Shown here piece by piece: positions 37,701-51,100 of a stretch of DNA of 64,000 nucleotides. The notes beneath the pieces were generated by a model that had not been told where the DNA came from, ran no database searches, and saw only the letters and a list, made by a program, of their open reading frames with translations. Positions within the stretch are counted from its first letter, which is position 1. Every line of letters begins with the position of its first letter. The stretch comes from Takakia lepidozioides (Eukaryota; Plantae; Bryophyta). The stretch lies in the NCBI GenBank assembly GCA_030704615.1, contig CM060732.1:39246001-39310000 (forward strand). Reading direction: 5' to 3'. A program made the translations under genes and the position numbers.

Positions 37701-38270
37701 TGTTAAGAATTGAAATCTAAGTCCAAGTGCAATCCCCTATGTATTCAAGTAGCGTCTCCTATGTCGAGGCCCATGTGTGAAGAATTGAAATCTAAGCCCA
37801 AGTGCAATTTCTTATGTATCCAAGTAGGTCTCCTATGTCGAGGCCCAAGTGCTAGTGTAGCCTATGCCGTTGGCCCATGTGTGAAGAATTGAAATCTACG
37901 CCCAAGTGCAATCTTCTATTCATGTATCCAAGTGCATCTCCCATTAACAGGCCCAAGTATCCAGTGTCATCTAAATCCAAGTGCAATCCCATATCTAATC
38001 ATTTTTTTTTTTCGAGAGCCTATGACCAGATTTGAACCGGAGACCTTTCCCTTGATATCTATCCCATCGAGGCTCCAACCATTGTCCTAGGAATGCCCAC
38101 TTTGCCATTTTTGTTATTTTTTGTGAATTTCCAGCAACCAAAAGTACTTGGCATTCTGTATTTCCCACACCGTAGGTCCAAAAATGATGAGACCAAGCCG
38201 GTGCACCCCTCCTCATCGAGGGCTTTCCAACGGCACCAAGCACCAACGCTGGGCCTCGCGGTTTGCCCTC
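34720..38270 (+). repeat. Mosaic satellite-like or nested MITE array
   Basis: Shuffled modules recur: TAGGGTAGCCTGTGCCGTTGGCCCAAGTGTCCAGTGTCATCTAAG, GACCAGATTTGAACCGGAGACCTTTCCCTTGATATCTC, TCGAGGGCTTTCCAACGGTACCAA and CCAAGTGC. Confidence 0.8.
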
Positions 38271-39559
38271 AAGAGTAGACCACGCATCAATTTTGAACAA
38301 GTGGGATGATCTTGATATATGTACACGAGAACTTACCTACAACGAGGATATAACACCCTCGGATAAGCCCTATGTTGTAGATATACCTACCCTAATGAAG
38401 ATTAAGATGAAGGAGCTCCATAAACGTGTTCTACGTGTACCACATTAATTGTAGAGCAAAATGTGAAGAGTTCAAATCCCTCTAAAAGAACTTTTTGAAC
38501 ATGTAACAACTAGGATGAAAAGAGGAAATGCACATTAATAGCACATTAATAGCAGTCAAGATCATTCAATTTGATGCAGGAGAGTATATATATATTGTTA
38601 TGTTTCCTCATTCTAATGAAATGTAAAATGGACCTTCATGGCTAAATGTAAGGTTATTTTTTCCTTACCCAAACAAACAAACAAACAAATCGTATGAATT
38701 CATATATTGATAAAGTTACTCATAGATAAAAAATAAAAAATAAAAAATAAAAAATAAACTTCCAGTATTATAGATATATAGGTATAAGAAATTCGTTCTA
38801 AATGAAAATTATTAATTAAAAAAATCTAAAATAATATTATCTTATAATTGTTTTAAATAAAAATTCAAAAATATTAAAATATCCTGAATTTTTTGTTCTT
38901 AATTTTAATTTTAAAAATTAAATATGTTAAACCCTAATTTAACCCTTAAATTCGTACGCGACCTGAATCAGGTTGCGACCTGTCGAAAAAATGCCCATAT
39001 CTTGCTGAGATTTTATTGAAATTAAACTATTCCTGAAGCAATAAATTTGCTGACAAGATACTCCCCAACCATAAGTGGAAATGAATGCATTTAGAGTGAA
39101 ACCCTGACCTGCAGATTTTTACAAAAAACGCTGGGGTTAGGTAAGGAGAGGGGTTAGGCAAGGATGACTACGTACGTGGCAACTTTCTATTGCTGCATGC
39201 AACAGCCAGCTCCAAAACTTTGGCCCCACTTAGGCTTCAACTTTTGAAAAATTCACCATTGGATTCCAAAAAAAATTTAACATTTGATAAGGATCATAGG
39301 AACTCATTCTCTCACCGCTCGGATAGAAAAAAATCTTGGATTTTTGCACCCTTTTTGATAATGTTAGAAATTCCATGTTATAGAACATATATGAACCCCC
39401 AAAGAATACATACAAACGAGCATGTAGCATCCTTTGGCATTTTAGCATGAAATTTTATGCATACTTGGATATCTTATGTCATGGTTTTAGTCATGGTTAA
39501 CTAGAATTACCTACTTCTAGTTAACTAGGACATTTTGGATATTTACATTTGTATTTTGT

Positions 39560-41877
39560 GTGTTGGGACTTCGTTTGGTCTCACATACCAAGTGAGGTGT
39601 CAAACCTTACTTGGGACATGGGGATGGATTTTCCCCTTGTGAGTGTTGAAGATGGCTCATCTTCTTGTAGTTGAGCCTCCATGAGCCTCTCCCACTGCTA
39701 TAGCTCTAGGTATTGAGTGGGAGTGTCATGAGAGTTTTGTAGGGTGGATTCTTTTAGCAAAGGTGCCCTTGCCTTGACTTAGTTTATATGATTGAGTGGA
39801 TTCATGAGTGGAGTGTTTCCATTGTGTTCACTGTCATTTTTACTACAAGAAGATGACATTTATGCTTATGAGTGCGGAGTGTATGGATTAGTTTAACACT
39901 TGTGTCGGTGTATACCAAGGAGTGTGAGAGCTAGGAAAAGCTCAAGTATCTCACAAGACTTGCAAGGTATTGCAAGAAAAGGTGTTTGGTGAAGTTGCAT
40001 ACACCAAGGAATTGGAGAACTAAGAGAATTTAGCTCTTGTATCGCAAGGCTTGCAAGAGTTGCAAAGAAAAATACTTGTGGTGTTACACCAAGGTGTTGG
40101 AGAGCTCAAGAAGGAGCTTGTTTGCTACAAGATTGGCAAGGATTGCAAGAGGGAAGTCTTGTGTGTGTGGAAACATGGATTTTAGGGTTTGAGAATCATT
40201 TCTATGCATCATGGAGTCAATGGTGTATGCCATGGCATGTGGAGAGCAACTAAAGGATTGTTAGTGCTCATTTCACTATCAATCTAGGGTTAAACAAGTT
40301 CAAAATGTGGAAGAGAAGCCAAGGAGCTACATAGGCTTGGGGTTGAAGACAACAAAGGTAAGCACTTGGAGAGCATTAAGAAGCTCAAGAGATTTGAAGG
40401 GGAGCACGTGAAGAAGTATTCCAATCATAGTGGTGTGGAGCCAAGCTTAGTGCATTAAAGAGCTTGGAGCATATGTGGGAGATCATTGGAGGTGTCTTCA
40501 TGAAGAAAAGAGATTGTGGCTTAAGGCATACATAGCAACTTCAACCATACATTAGCATATGACAAGACAAGGAAATGGAATGTGAAGCTCATGTATTCAT
40601 TCCCTTTTGGCTTAAGTTTTGTGGTGGATGGTTGATCAAGCAAGTGATGCTTGTGTGGAGTATGCTTCCCAAGTGTGGCTTCCAACTTCATATTTAAGCT
40701 TGAAGAGAGCTAGAAGGTGAAGGGAGCAAGTTGATTCATTTGTGTATGAAGTGATGCATGTGTGGAGCATGCTTTTGGCTTGAGCAAGCTTGAGAGGAGT
40801 GGCTCTTGAGCTAGCAAGTGAAGGGAGCTTGAATGACCAAGGCTTGAAAGGACACAAGGTTTGGTGGCTTGTCAAAAGAGGTAGAAGCTTGTTTTTAGCT
40901 TCCAAGGAGAAATTGAGCTTGTTGTGTGGCCAATGCATTGTTAGTGGAGTTGGAAACAAGCTTGAGTAGCTTAAGGTGAAGAAGATCAAGGGAATTTGCC
41001 TTCGTACCCCATATAATTCAGGGGTATTAAGGGGATTAAGCATAGAGCCCCAAGGAGCACAAGCCCTAGTTTGGTAAGGCTAAACCTCAAGGAAATAGAG
41101 GGGGAAGTGGCTAAAACTTAGGGGGAAATGGCAAAACCCAGGGGAAAATGAACTACTCTATGAGGGGGAAATGGCTATTGCCAGGGGGAAATGGCTATTC
41201 CTAAGGAGAATACAAGGGGAATACAAAGAAAATATGTATAGGCCCAGGAAAATACTGGGGAATACTATGGCATATTTCTTATGAAACTTTGGGAACATGT
41301 TGGGAACCTATTGGGAGCATAGTGACATAGGAAGAGTCATTGGAGGACGGTTTGGGGTCTTGGAGGACTATTTGAATGACCATTGGGAGTCCTTGGAAGA
41401 TTATTTGGAGGACCATCGGGGGTCCTTGGAAGAAAATATTTGGCGAGCTGGAGGAGTCTTTGGCGACTTGTATGAGGGATTATTTGGGATCATGGAGGGC
41501 CAAGTTTTGGTAGGCTCTGGGGGCTTTGGTGTACTGTTTGGAGTCCCATTGTGCAAGGTTTGAGAGCCTTAGTGAGATTGTTTGAGAGACATATTCTTGA
41601 GGGCTCTTGGAGAGTTATTTGAGAGACCCTTGAAAGGTAGTTTTGTTTATTGCTCCAGCAAGAGAGTGTGGAGATAAGGTAGTGGGATGAGAGCATTCTG
41701 GGGTTAGGAATTGCTTTAGTCTCTCTTTCCCGTAGTCTTTCACCCTTTCTATAAGCCAAAACTTTTCCGTAGGTGGAGGCAAGAGTCAGTCCGGGTTTGG
41801 GCTGGGGTGTCATTCTAGGAACGACACTGTGGAATAGTTTTTGGTGTGGGGAAGTTGTTGTTTGGATCCCCTCCACA
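39560..41877 (+). repeat. Probable solo/partial LTR, strongly CpG-depleted
   Basis: Non-coding and G/A-rich, with internal ~70-bp tandem units at 39900-40150 and a TG...CA-compatible end (CCTCCACA). No TSD found. Confidence 0.35.
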
Positions 41878-41879
41878 CC

Positions 41880-42290
41880 TGCATGCCATTCAGCCATAGT
41901 GTTGAACACTCCATTGGCATCCTCAATGCTCCCACATTTGGCATACATGGCCACATTTGACAATGTTCAGGATGACATATGGTACAATTGCAGATTTGAT
42001 GATGTCACTAGGGATTTCTTTGTCATTTTCCAAGGCTACCATACGCATTGCAAACGCACACAAACGTTATGTCGGTGGCCTTCACCTCTTCCCCCATCAT
42101 TTGCTCAAAGGTTGGAGCCTCCATCCCGCACCCCTGTTGTGCATATCCTGCAAGCATCGCACTCCACGATGCCACATCTTGTTCAGCCATAGAGTTGAAT
42201 ACTGATCCCTTGGCATCCTTGATGCACCCACATTTGACATACATATCCACCAAGGCAGGGGCAATGTTCAAAATGACATCTGGTAATCTG
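41880..42290 (-). pseudogene. PLS-class PPR gene fragment
   Basis: ALVDMYVKCGCIKDA..VFNSMAEQDVASWSAMLAGYAQQG..ITFVCV and VAMYAKCGSIEDANGVFNTM, frameshifted. Confidence 0.85.
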
Positions 42291-42401
42291 ATAGACATTC
42301 ACCTTTTTGCCTCGGTTGTTCCACCATTGTCTGGGGTAAGAAAAATATTCATTCCACAACTTCTTCTCGTCTGTGTTACCTGTTTCAGGATACTTTCTTC
42401 A

Positions 42402-44094
42402 CGTGAGCACACTCACGCTTTAAGTGGTAAACGTAAGCAGAATCCTTTAAGCGTGAGCAGATTAGTGAATGAGAGCCTACAACCGAGGGAAGAAAATGAC
42501 CTATTGCCATGGACAAAAATTACACTGCACGGACGCAATCTCCACCCCATCCGACGGAAGAATCCTTGCTGGGTGACGACCATATGGTACGAATGTGCGA
42601 TAAAAAGCTGCCGGATGAATGGTTTTGAGATGAATGAAAAAGAATGGATGAATGTTGGATGACTTTTGGATGAGAAATAAGCGACATAAATGAACCATGG
42701 TGCGTGTCCAGGTGCTCAGGATTAGGGTGTCGTCAATGACATCTTAATTCCCAGTACGAGTTGGCATATGACATCTTACGGAAAAACCAAAATCCCTGAA
42801 TTTTTTTTCCCAAAAACATTAACCCAAAAAATTTCAACCCAAAAAACTTTCAAGGCGAAGAAGCCTTGGCGGTAAGGCGATGTGTGTGCAGGTGGCGGGG
42901 ATTAAGGTGTTGTCAACGACATCTTAATTTCCAGCAAGTTTTCAAAAAATAAAATATATAAATAAATAAATCCGTTGTTTTTTTATTTACCCCGAATGTG
43001 CCAGATTAAGGTGTCGGCAATGCCATCTTAATTCCAAGCAAGTTTTCCAAAAAAAACAAAAAAACAAAAAAAAACAAAAACCGTTTTTTTTTCCCTCCCC
43101 CCCCCCCATGTGCCAGATTAAGGTGTCGTCAACGACATCTTAATTCCCAGTACGAGTTGGCACGACAATTAATGGAAAACCAAAACCCCAAAAACAATCA
43201 CCCAAAAAATTCAACCCAAAAAAATCTGATGACGAACAGCTTTGGCGGTAAGGCGGTGTGTGTGCAGGTGCTGGGGATTAAGGTGTCGTCAACGACATCT
43301 TAATTCCCAGTACGAGTTGGCACATGACAAACATGGAAAAACCAAAAACCCCCAAAAAATTCACCCAAAAAAATTGAACCCACAAAAATCTGATGGCGAA
43401 CAAGCCTTGGCAGTACGGCGGTGTGTGTGCAGGTGTTGGGGATTAAGGTGTCGTCAACGACATCTTAATTCCCAGTACGAGTTGGCATATGATAGTTCAT
43501 GGAAAAATCAAAAACCCCAAAAAAATTCACCCAAAAAAATCTGATGGCGAACAAGCCTTGGCGGTAAGACGGTGTGTGCAGGTGCTGGGGATTAAGGTGT
43601 CATCAATGACATCTTAATTCCCAGTACGGGTTTTGAGATGTTTATTTATAAAGCACGAGTTCACCTCTCTACCTTCTTTAGATTTGGGTGTGGGCATTTC
43701 TCTCAACCTTGGATACCTGGAAAAATGACAAGTAACCCTTCCTCAATCCACAAAGCAATGTGGATTCATTGTTGGCAATATACACTTCACATTGATGTGC
43801 AAGCAAGACTAGCATGGTTTAAAGGATTTCGGAGCTCGGGGGATTTCGGAGCTACTACTACAAAACAACTTTGTATTATTTCATTTATTTCATTCATCCA
43901 TGTCTCGTTCATCATACAGACATTCATCCGCCATTCATCCCAGCAACATCCATAACCGAGCTTGTGATATTGGCCACTATGCGCAGTAATAGGTCTTCTA
44001 AGTCGAGTAGGCGCCCGCGGTTATAGGTGGGCAAATGCTGAAGCGTGAGCAGATTTCTGTTCACGGATTTTTCTGCTTGCGGGATCTGCTCACA
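42402..44094 (-). mobile_element. LTR-like element (GTGAGCA...TGCTCACA) with a tandem palindrome array
   Basis: Inverted termini. Seven copies of TTAAGGTGTCGTCAACGACATCTTAA at ~42722, 42902, 43006, 43118, 43278, 43443 and 43592. A PPT-like GAAGGGGGATG on the - strand lies at 44101-44112. Confidence 0.6.
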
Positions 44095-44670
44095 TAATAG
44101 CATCCCCCCTTCATCAGGAGTGCATGATTTTATCAATTGTGCCATTGCTGCTACGGCTTCAAGTTGATTATCTACCCATCATGTTTCTTGTATCTATTCT
44201 TCCACAGGGAATCATAGGTATCTGGAGCTTGAAATCTGGAGCTTGTCCTTGACCTTTGTGTCATGACCCATGGAGGATTTGACCGACCATCAACCTCTTG
44301 TATGTGTTGCTTGTGTCTTGTAGTCAGATAATGTTGGATTGGTCTTTGAGAATCACCACGGTGCAGGTGAGCGGGCAGAGATTGAAACACGGCCTGCTAA
44401 GACCAAGCTGACTCTCCCAAGAACCTTGTAAACATCAGGAAGAACATCAAATCAGGGTACTAACAGGAAGCAAGAGCCCGCATTTGCAAGATGGACAAAC
44501 TTCTTTACATTGTATCTTAAGAAAACGCCACACCTTGCGATTGCAGTTGTTCCACCATCGTGAAGGATCTGCTCCATGCTGCAAATTCAGGGCCGAATAT
44601 GATGAGAGGGCAAAACCGGCTGAAATAGGTCGAAGAAGAAGGTGCCCTCACCACATTGTTCTTGACATAG

Positions 44671-45000
44671 TGTCATGACCCATGGAGGATTTGACCTCCT
44701 ATCAACCCAAAATGACCTCTCTTCTGGTGTCTGTAGTCAAGTATTGTCGGATTGGTCTTTGAGAACCACCACGGTGCAACTGAGCAGACAATGATTGAAA
44801 CAACCTGCTAAGACCAAGCTGACTCTCCCAAGAACGCGGGAGAGGAGGGGAGGAAGAAGAGAGCCCGCGGGAGGGAAGGGGAGAAAGATCGCGGGGAGAA
44901 AGAAAAAAAAACAAACAAAAAGAATGATCCCGTAATATCCAAAATGTCCTAGTTAACTAGAAGTAGGTAATTCTTGTTAACCATGACTAAAACCATGACA
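44671..45000. repeat. Short LTR-like unit TGTCATG...CATGACA, with a partial direct copy (44259-44424) and an inverted partial copy (39477-39543)
   Basis: A ~165-bp direct repeat and a 67-bp inverted copy with one mismatch. Confidence 0.6.
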
Positions 45001-45436
45001 AAGGAATTATGGGAGTAAAAATAAAAAAATTCGCCAGAAAGTGCCAATGGTTAAATATAGGAGCCAAAGTTTTCTTACGTGGACCTGTTCAAATGTGACA
45101 CATGTTATATAGCCTCTTTTCTAACCCTGTTACCTCATTATTCTTGCCACATGGGCGTTAAGGTAGAATTTACACGTGGCCTTTGTGACGATTTTGGGAA
45201 AATGAAAAAAAAAACACTGCCACAACCACTTCCCAGGTTTTATGTGCCCTACAACCAGGCTTCAACTTTAGGGGCAACCTACAACCACTTGTGGCAGCTT
45301 GTGCCTTTGCGAAGCCATGGATTCTCCCTGGTACCTAGGGCCAACTTCATGTCTGGCCGTCAGGCCAGGTTATTCAAAGTTAACCGATGTTGGTGGAGGA
45401 TGGCCGACTGGTGGTTGGATAATTGCTTCTATGTAC

Positions 45437-45524
45437 ATAGGGCCCACCCCCGAAAGGGGGTGTAGCCGCAAGGCAAAGTGGCTCTTAGTTACGCCGGTCC
45501 GGCGGCCGAAGTCTTCTCTCTCTT
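45437..45524 (+). repeat. Dispersed structured ~85-nt repeat (Dualen-like 3' end)
   Basis: TAGGGCCCACCCCCGAAAGGGGGTGTAGCCGCAAGGCAAAGTGGCTCTTAGTTACGCCGG...TCTTCTCTCTCT. Other copies are at ~9448-9523(-), 14999-15086, 15229-15283(-), 23588, 25315, 45776(-) and 46254. Confidence 0.85.
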
Positions 45525-45884
45525 CGTAAGCAATCTGGCAATCCTAGACTACGCAGGCGAAAAATTCATATTGCAACACACATAATAATCCTTAAGGTGT
45601 TAGGGTGCTTCTCCCGTGTACAAGACGGCCCTAGTGGTTTCTTTTCCACTCTCCTTATCCTAATGCAATTTTAGGTCTTGTCCTTTTCAGACAAAACATA
45701 GAAAACCTTAGCTTTGGCCCGACAATATCATTTTCATTGGAGGTGGTTGGTGGCAGTTTACCATAGCTCTCAATAAGAGAGAGAAGAGTCCGGCCAAAGT
45801 CAGCGCACCTAGGGATTCTTAGTTACTACCTAGTGCCCTCTGTCCGGGGTGGATGAGTCCTATTCCATCTAAAAAACAGAAAAG

Positions 45885-46023
45885 TACACTAAGGAAGTAT
45901 AAATTATGGTGTCTCTTGACCCATAGCTCTTGCCTTCCGGCGGGAAGGTGGGCACTCCCTAAGGAAGTGCAAAGGTGTCTCCTCACCCAGAGCTATTGCC
46001 TTCTAGCGGAAAGGTAGGCACTC
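45885..46023 (+). repeat. ~68-bp tandem duplication
   Basis: CTAAGGAAGT...GGTGTCTC...GCCTTC..GCGG.AAGGT.GGCACTC occurs twice. Confidence 0.7.
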
Positions 46024-48191
46024 GAGACCAATCAGTAAGTTGAACCCACAACCACTTCCAAGGGCCCATTACCACTTGCCTACAACGTGGGGCCATGCTA
46101 TAGCCACCTTTGTTCGCACAGCTTGTTAGATGTCCAATTTTCTTTGCTCAATTAATTTTTGGGAACGATTCGAGTACATATTGCATATTGTCGCCTGTTT
46201 GTCATAATAGATGTATCGGAGTTGGGGGGGGGGGGGGGTGCGAAGTGTAGTCCTGAGGTGAAGTGACTCTTACTTACACCGGTCTCGGCCGGAGTCTTCT
46301 CTCTCTATCAGAGTGGATAGGTTTTATTGGGATTTTGAAGTTAAAGGCAATGCGTGCCAGGATTACGGCTAGGATTGTTGGGGGCATGCAGGCATTTTTG
46401 TGCCTAATAACTATAAAAAAAAACAGGCTGCTTAGGCACATTTCTCAAACCATTATCTTCACATGTGTCATCTTCATGTGCTATAAGTTTTTTGAATTAG
46501 ACACATGAAAAGAGAAAAAATTGACTTTCTTAAGAATAAAAATAAAAACAAAAACCCAATGCCCATGGCCCCTTGTCCCCTATCAATAGGCCCAGCTCAA
46601 TTCTCCTCCAAGCTTGAACCCAGCTGGCCCGGCCTCGTGAGACCGGACTCCATTAGATTTTTGTACCTCCACCTTCATGAATATGATGACAATCATTGCA
46701 GGGGCCTTTGGAACTTACATGGAGCTCCCGCAAATAGATTGGGATTTGTATTGGGATTTGTAGGAAGATATTTCCGCAGGCATATGTTTGTATTGATTTT
46801 TGTTCAATGAAATTTTCATCTTATTATTTGCTCGAATTTTCAGGAATTAGGCACTTTGGACTAGGTAGCATTCGAGACGAGCCCTGCCTATCGGATCGGA
46901 TATAGCAGGTCGCCATGACACCTCGCCGGTCGGTAGGTCCCGGCTCCCTGCTATATCCGAGAGCGCAGGGGCTCCTCTCGAGCACTACCGGACATAACCG
47001 GTTTTTAGGGCAGCGAGCCAGCTTGCACGTACCTACCACCACCGGATATAGCAGGGAGCCAGGACCTACAGAACCGCGTAGGTAGTTTAACTCTAGTAGG
47101 TCGTAGAATACCACATATAGCACCCCTCCTCAAATCCAGTAGAAACACGCCACATCAGCGAGTCTGCTCTAAAAATCGGTTATGGTCCCATGTTTCCGTG
47201 CAATTAGGGCTAAAACTGTTTTTCAATTTGAATTAATTATCGCCTAAATGGTTGGGCAGGGACGCACAAAACCAGGCAGGCCTGCCTGCCATGTGTTGCC
47301 CTAGTTGTACCTGGATGCTCGAGACCCAGATCAGCAGACATTACAAGTAGCAGTAACAGTACACTAGTATAATGGAACTGCTCGGAAAACACCTGCAAAG
47401 CAGCTGCGTTGCTGGCTGAGGTCTGGCCACCACCTTTTTGGAGTTTAAACTTTCCCAGTGCCTACCTGCTGCTCGGCAGGTCACGCCACTCGAATGCGTG
47501 ATGCCCTTCGGCCTCGATGCTGCCTTCGAGATTGCCACGATGCTCGGCACGATGATGAGCAACCCTTTCTCGAACCCCTTTTCTGAACTCCTTTTCTGAA
47601 TCCTTTTAGGGCAAACGTGGTATAAATCCAGCAGTTGCTCTAACATTGTACTTATATAGGTCTCTCGGATTCTTGCCGAGCTTGTGTTCTTCTTCTCCTC
47701 CTCGAATCTGCATCGCCCACAACTACCTGTTCTGAGAGACTTCACTAAGCATGTCTGGGGTGTGTAGGTCGTGCTAGAATTTCTACCAGGCAAGTGTGTC
47801 CTTGTCAGCTTGTCCAGGCTCTCTCTATCATCTTTCATCTGCTTCCCCACCTTGTTGTTCTCGAACTCAGCGGATGGTGAGACTTTTCGATCGAGGAGAG
47901 CTGCCAGAGCAGTGGACTGAGGTGCGTGTGGACGCCCGCCAGTCCAAGCACGCGGATTGGCTGACCCTGTCGCGGTCCTTGAAGCCCCCTTAGCGCCTCA
48001 CGTTCTGCCTCGGTTGCTCAATCGCTTGCATGGCTGCGGACTTCTTGTCTCCTCATCAGTTTTCGCAGCTGTGAACTTTCTTCAGCCAAATTCACTTCTT
48101 TCCCCCCTTCTTCTCCTACCCTCAAAGAAATCACTATATACCAGTTGGTTTCTATTCATCTGGGCTGTAAGTAGAAGGGCTTAAAGTCTCA

Positions 48192-51100
48192 ATGGCTTCG
48201 ACGATTGGGATGCATGACGTTGGTCGAACTGTGAAAGCGGAGCAGGCGTCGTCGGGGCGCCTGCAATCTGTCACCGATAGGATTTCTCATTGTTTCACTG
48301 GTGAGTTTATTAATTTCCTTCCAGGTCCGACTTCAGGTGTTCCTTCGTGGGCAAGTGAGTAAGGTTAAGCATTATGGTGCTGATGTTCACGGCCAGAAAG
48401 TTTTCAAAAGCCTGCATTCATGGCGTCAGTTTTTGAATCATCGAAACCTGAATCTTGAACATTGTAATATTCAGGGGTATGATCTGGAACTCAGCCGGAA
48501 ACGGTCGATTCGCGTTCCAGATTAGGCATTGTGTACGTTGTTATGTCAGGAGAGCCCTACTGAGTCCGAGCCTCACCGGCATGTGGTCTCTGATGAATAG
48601 GCATATGCTTGTAGAGTTACTTGTGCTTTTCCATGAGTAGTATGCTGTTTCTATTCCTTCCGTAGTAAGTTACAAACACCCCTCTGATCACGTCTGTGAG
48701 GAAGAAAAGTGTCTCCTATCTAGTGCTGATCGGCATTGGAGATTTTACTCCTTTAACATGCATGTCTTGATGCTGCAGTCGAGTGCAAACGTTTTCTAAA
48801 TGAGGGTGAAATTGTTGTCATTCAGATCTAATGCATACTGGTATGGGCAGGTAAATTTGTCATTCACGTGGCGTCAAAGGTAGAGGCGCATGTGCAGAGT
48901 ACTTTGTCACTGAACGCAGCCAGTGATTGCACCACTGTGGTTGAGCGTTTTGAGTCATCCTTCGAAGGTAAAGTTCTTGTATATATGATGTCCCCCGCTT
49001 CAATTCGTGGCATTGATTTGATAACCTTCGTATATCTGCTAGTCTCAATCGCTTTCCGTTCACCAATCAGTAAATTGGGTTGCAGCGCAGTACGGTATGC
49101 ATGCACATTCTAGATAGGCTTGGTTCAAGTGGGTATGAACGATTAGGTGGGGATGCATTCAGGCCTGGAATTGGAGGTAGCCAAGTCTCGATTGGAGGAG
49201 CACGGGCCCAACGTGCTGTCGCATAAATCAGCGTCACCGTGGTGGTTGATTCTATGGAATGCTTTCTTCCATCCCTTCAACCTGATTCTGCTGGTATTGG
49301 CCACTATCTCAGGAGCCACCAGTGACATGTCGACACTTGCCATCATGGTGGCGATGGTTGTCATTAGCGTTGGACTTCGATTTTGGCAGGTACTCACAAG
49401 TTGACTGCTCCCTTGTCATCTGTCAGTGGAGATATAGGTCATCCATTCTCAGCTATAAGAATCTGGAACTCACCGGAACTCACTGAGCATAGAAGTCACT
49501 TGAATAGCTCTCAAGATGTCCAACCTGCCCCGTTCTTTTTTCATTTCGTTTTTTCAGTAGGTAAACTAGTCAAGTGTCGTTTCTTCGTATCTCGAAGCTG
49601 ATTTGGACATCCGTTCTCATGACTGTACATAGATTTTACTAAATACTGTGATAGTTGCCATCGGACTTAGTACTCAGGTATCCCACTGAATACTTCTGGC
49701 TGTAAGAAGTGTGAGAATTGTCGTTTGGAATTAGATCAGAGTCCTACGGATATGTATAACAATGAAACGAAAATCACTACAGATCAAAGGGAGTCTTGTT
49801 AAATCAAGCACTCATGTAATGGATGGATCGCCCACCCAAAGGCAAACTCCCTCTAAGCTATTGGAGGACATTTTCGTTCTCTTTAACGTGCAAGCTTGAT
49901 TACTGCGTATGCAGGAGCTGAGTAGTTCACAGGCAGCTGCCAAGCTGTCCGAGCTAGTTCAGAGCCGTATAACTGTTCGGCGACGGGCCAAAGGGTCAGA
50001 AATGCCAGGAACTGAGACGGAGATCAATCAAAGAGATGTGACGTCTGGGGACATCGTGGTGTTTAGTTCTGGCGATCTCTTTCCTGGGGATATCCGCCTT
50101 CTCACTTCAAAAGATATGTTTGTGAGGTTTGTCCAGTACAGACAGTCCTCAAGCAGTGTTACTCGTTTGTAGCGATGTTATTCTAGGCCTGCAGTAGCCA
50201 TTTTTTGAACCAAATAGTGGACATGTCAAGAAAGAATTGGGTCCAACTGACAAGGGTGCTTCAGTCTTTTGACACTCATCTGTATGTTGATTTGAGCTTC
50301 TTGGATTCTACAATTTCAAATAAACTCTAGCGGAAATATCAGTTGATATGGACTTGAATCCTGTGGTTCTTTGCTTCTCTGGTGCAGTCAATCATCACTG
50401 ACAGGAGAGTGTATGCCGGTAGAAAAGCATGCAGACCTGGTTGAGGACAAAGGAACCCCTCTGCTGGAGCTTCGAAACATCTGTTTCATGGTAAATACTC
50501 TCAAACACTGTTTCCATGGCATTGTCGTCCAATAATGTGAAGACGCAGTCTGTCCTTAAAGGGTTAAAATGTCAGTGCATAAAATTTTGAACCAGTCTAG
50601 CTCCAGCGGACAGTTCCTAATTGTTAAGGCACAATGTGAGAGATGGTTTAATCAGTTACTAAATTCTGATGGACCATCAAAACAGAGAAATGTCAGGGCT
50701 TGTCTTGCAACCAACTTGGATTGGCTGCTTCTGACGTCAACTTTTGTCTCGTATCTCCTGTCACCTACCTTCAGCATTTGTTCAGAGTGCCTGCTACAGC
50801 TAGATAGATACCCTTGAGCAAGTAACCGTTACACAACTCATGCTGTTGTATGTGAGCTAAGACTTAGTTCCTGCAGGGCATGCAATGTTTCACTTGCTGA
50901 TTGAAGAGCATACTGTCTGCAGGGGACAAATGTGGTCTCAGGCTCAGGCACTGGCATAGTGCTCTCAACAGGTGACAACACCTACATCAGCACAATTGCA
51001 TCAGCTTTGGCAAGCAAAGCTCCCATCAATGCCTTCCAGAAGGGCGTTCGAAGGGTCTCATATCTTCTCATCTGCTTCATGCTGGCCATGGTACCAATTG

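Noticed and set aside
34875-38300. Multiple 60-170 aa ORFs
   Set aside because: They derive from the mosaic repeat and have no coding signatures.
42700-43630. CRISPR-like array of palindromic repeats
   Set aside because: The spacers are 80-150 bp and homologous to each other, there are no cas genes, and the context is eukaryotic.
47874-47921. Extra first coding exon of MgtA (MVRLFDRGELPEQWTE|GT)
   Set aside because: No in-phase acceptor was found joining it to the 48192 frame; it may be a 5' UTR exon or uORF.
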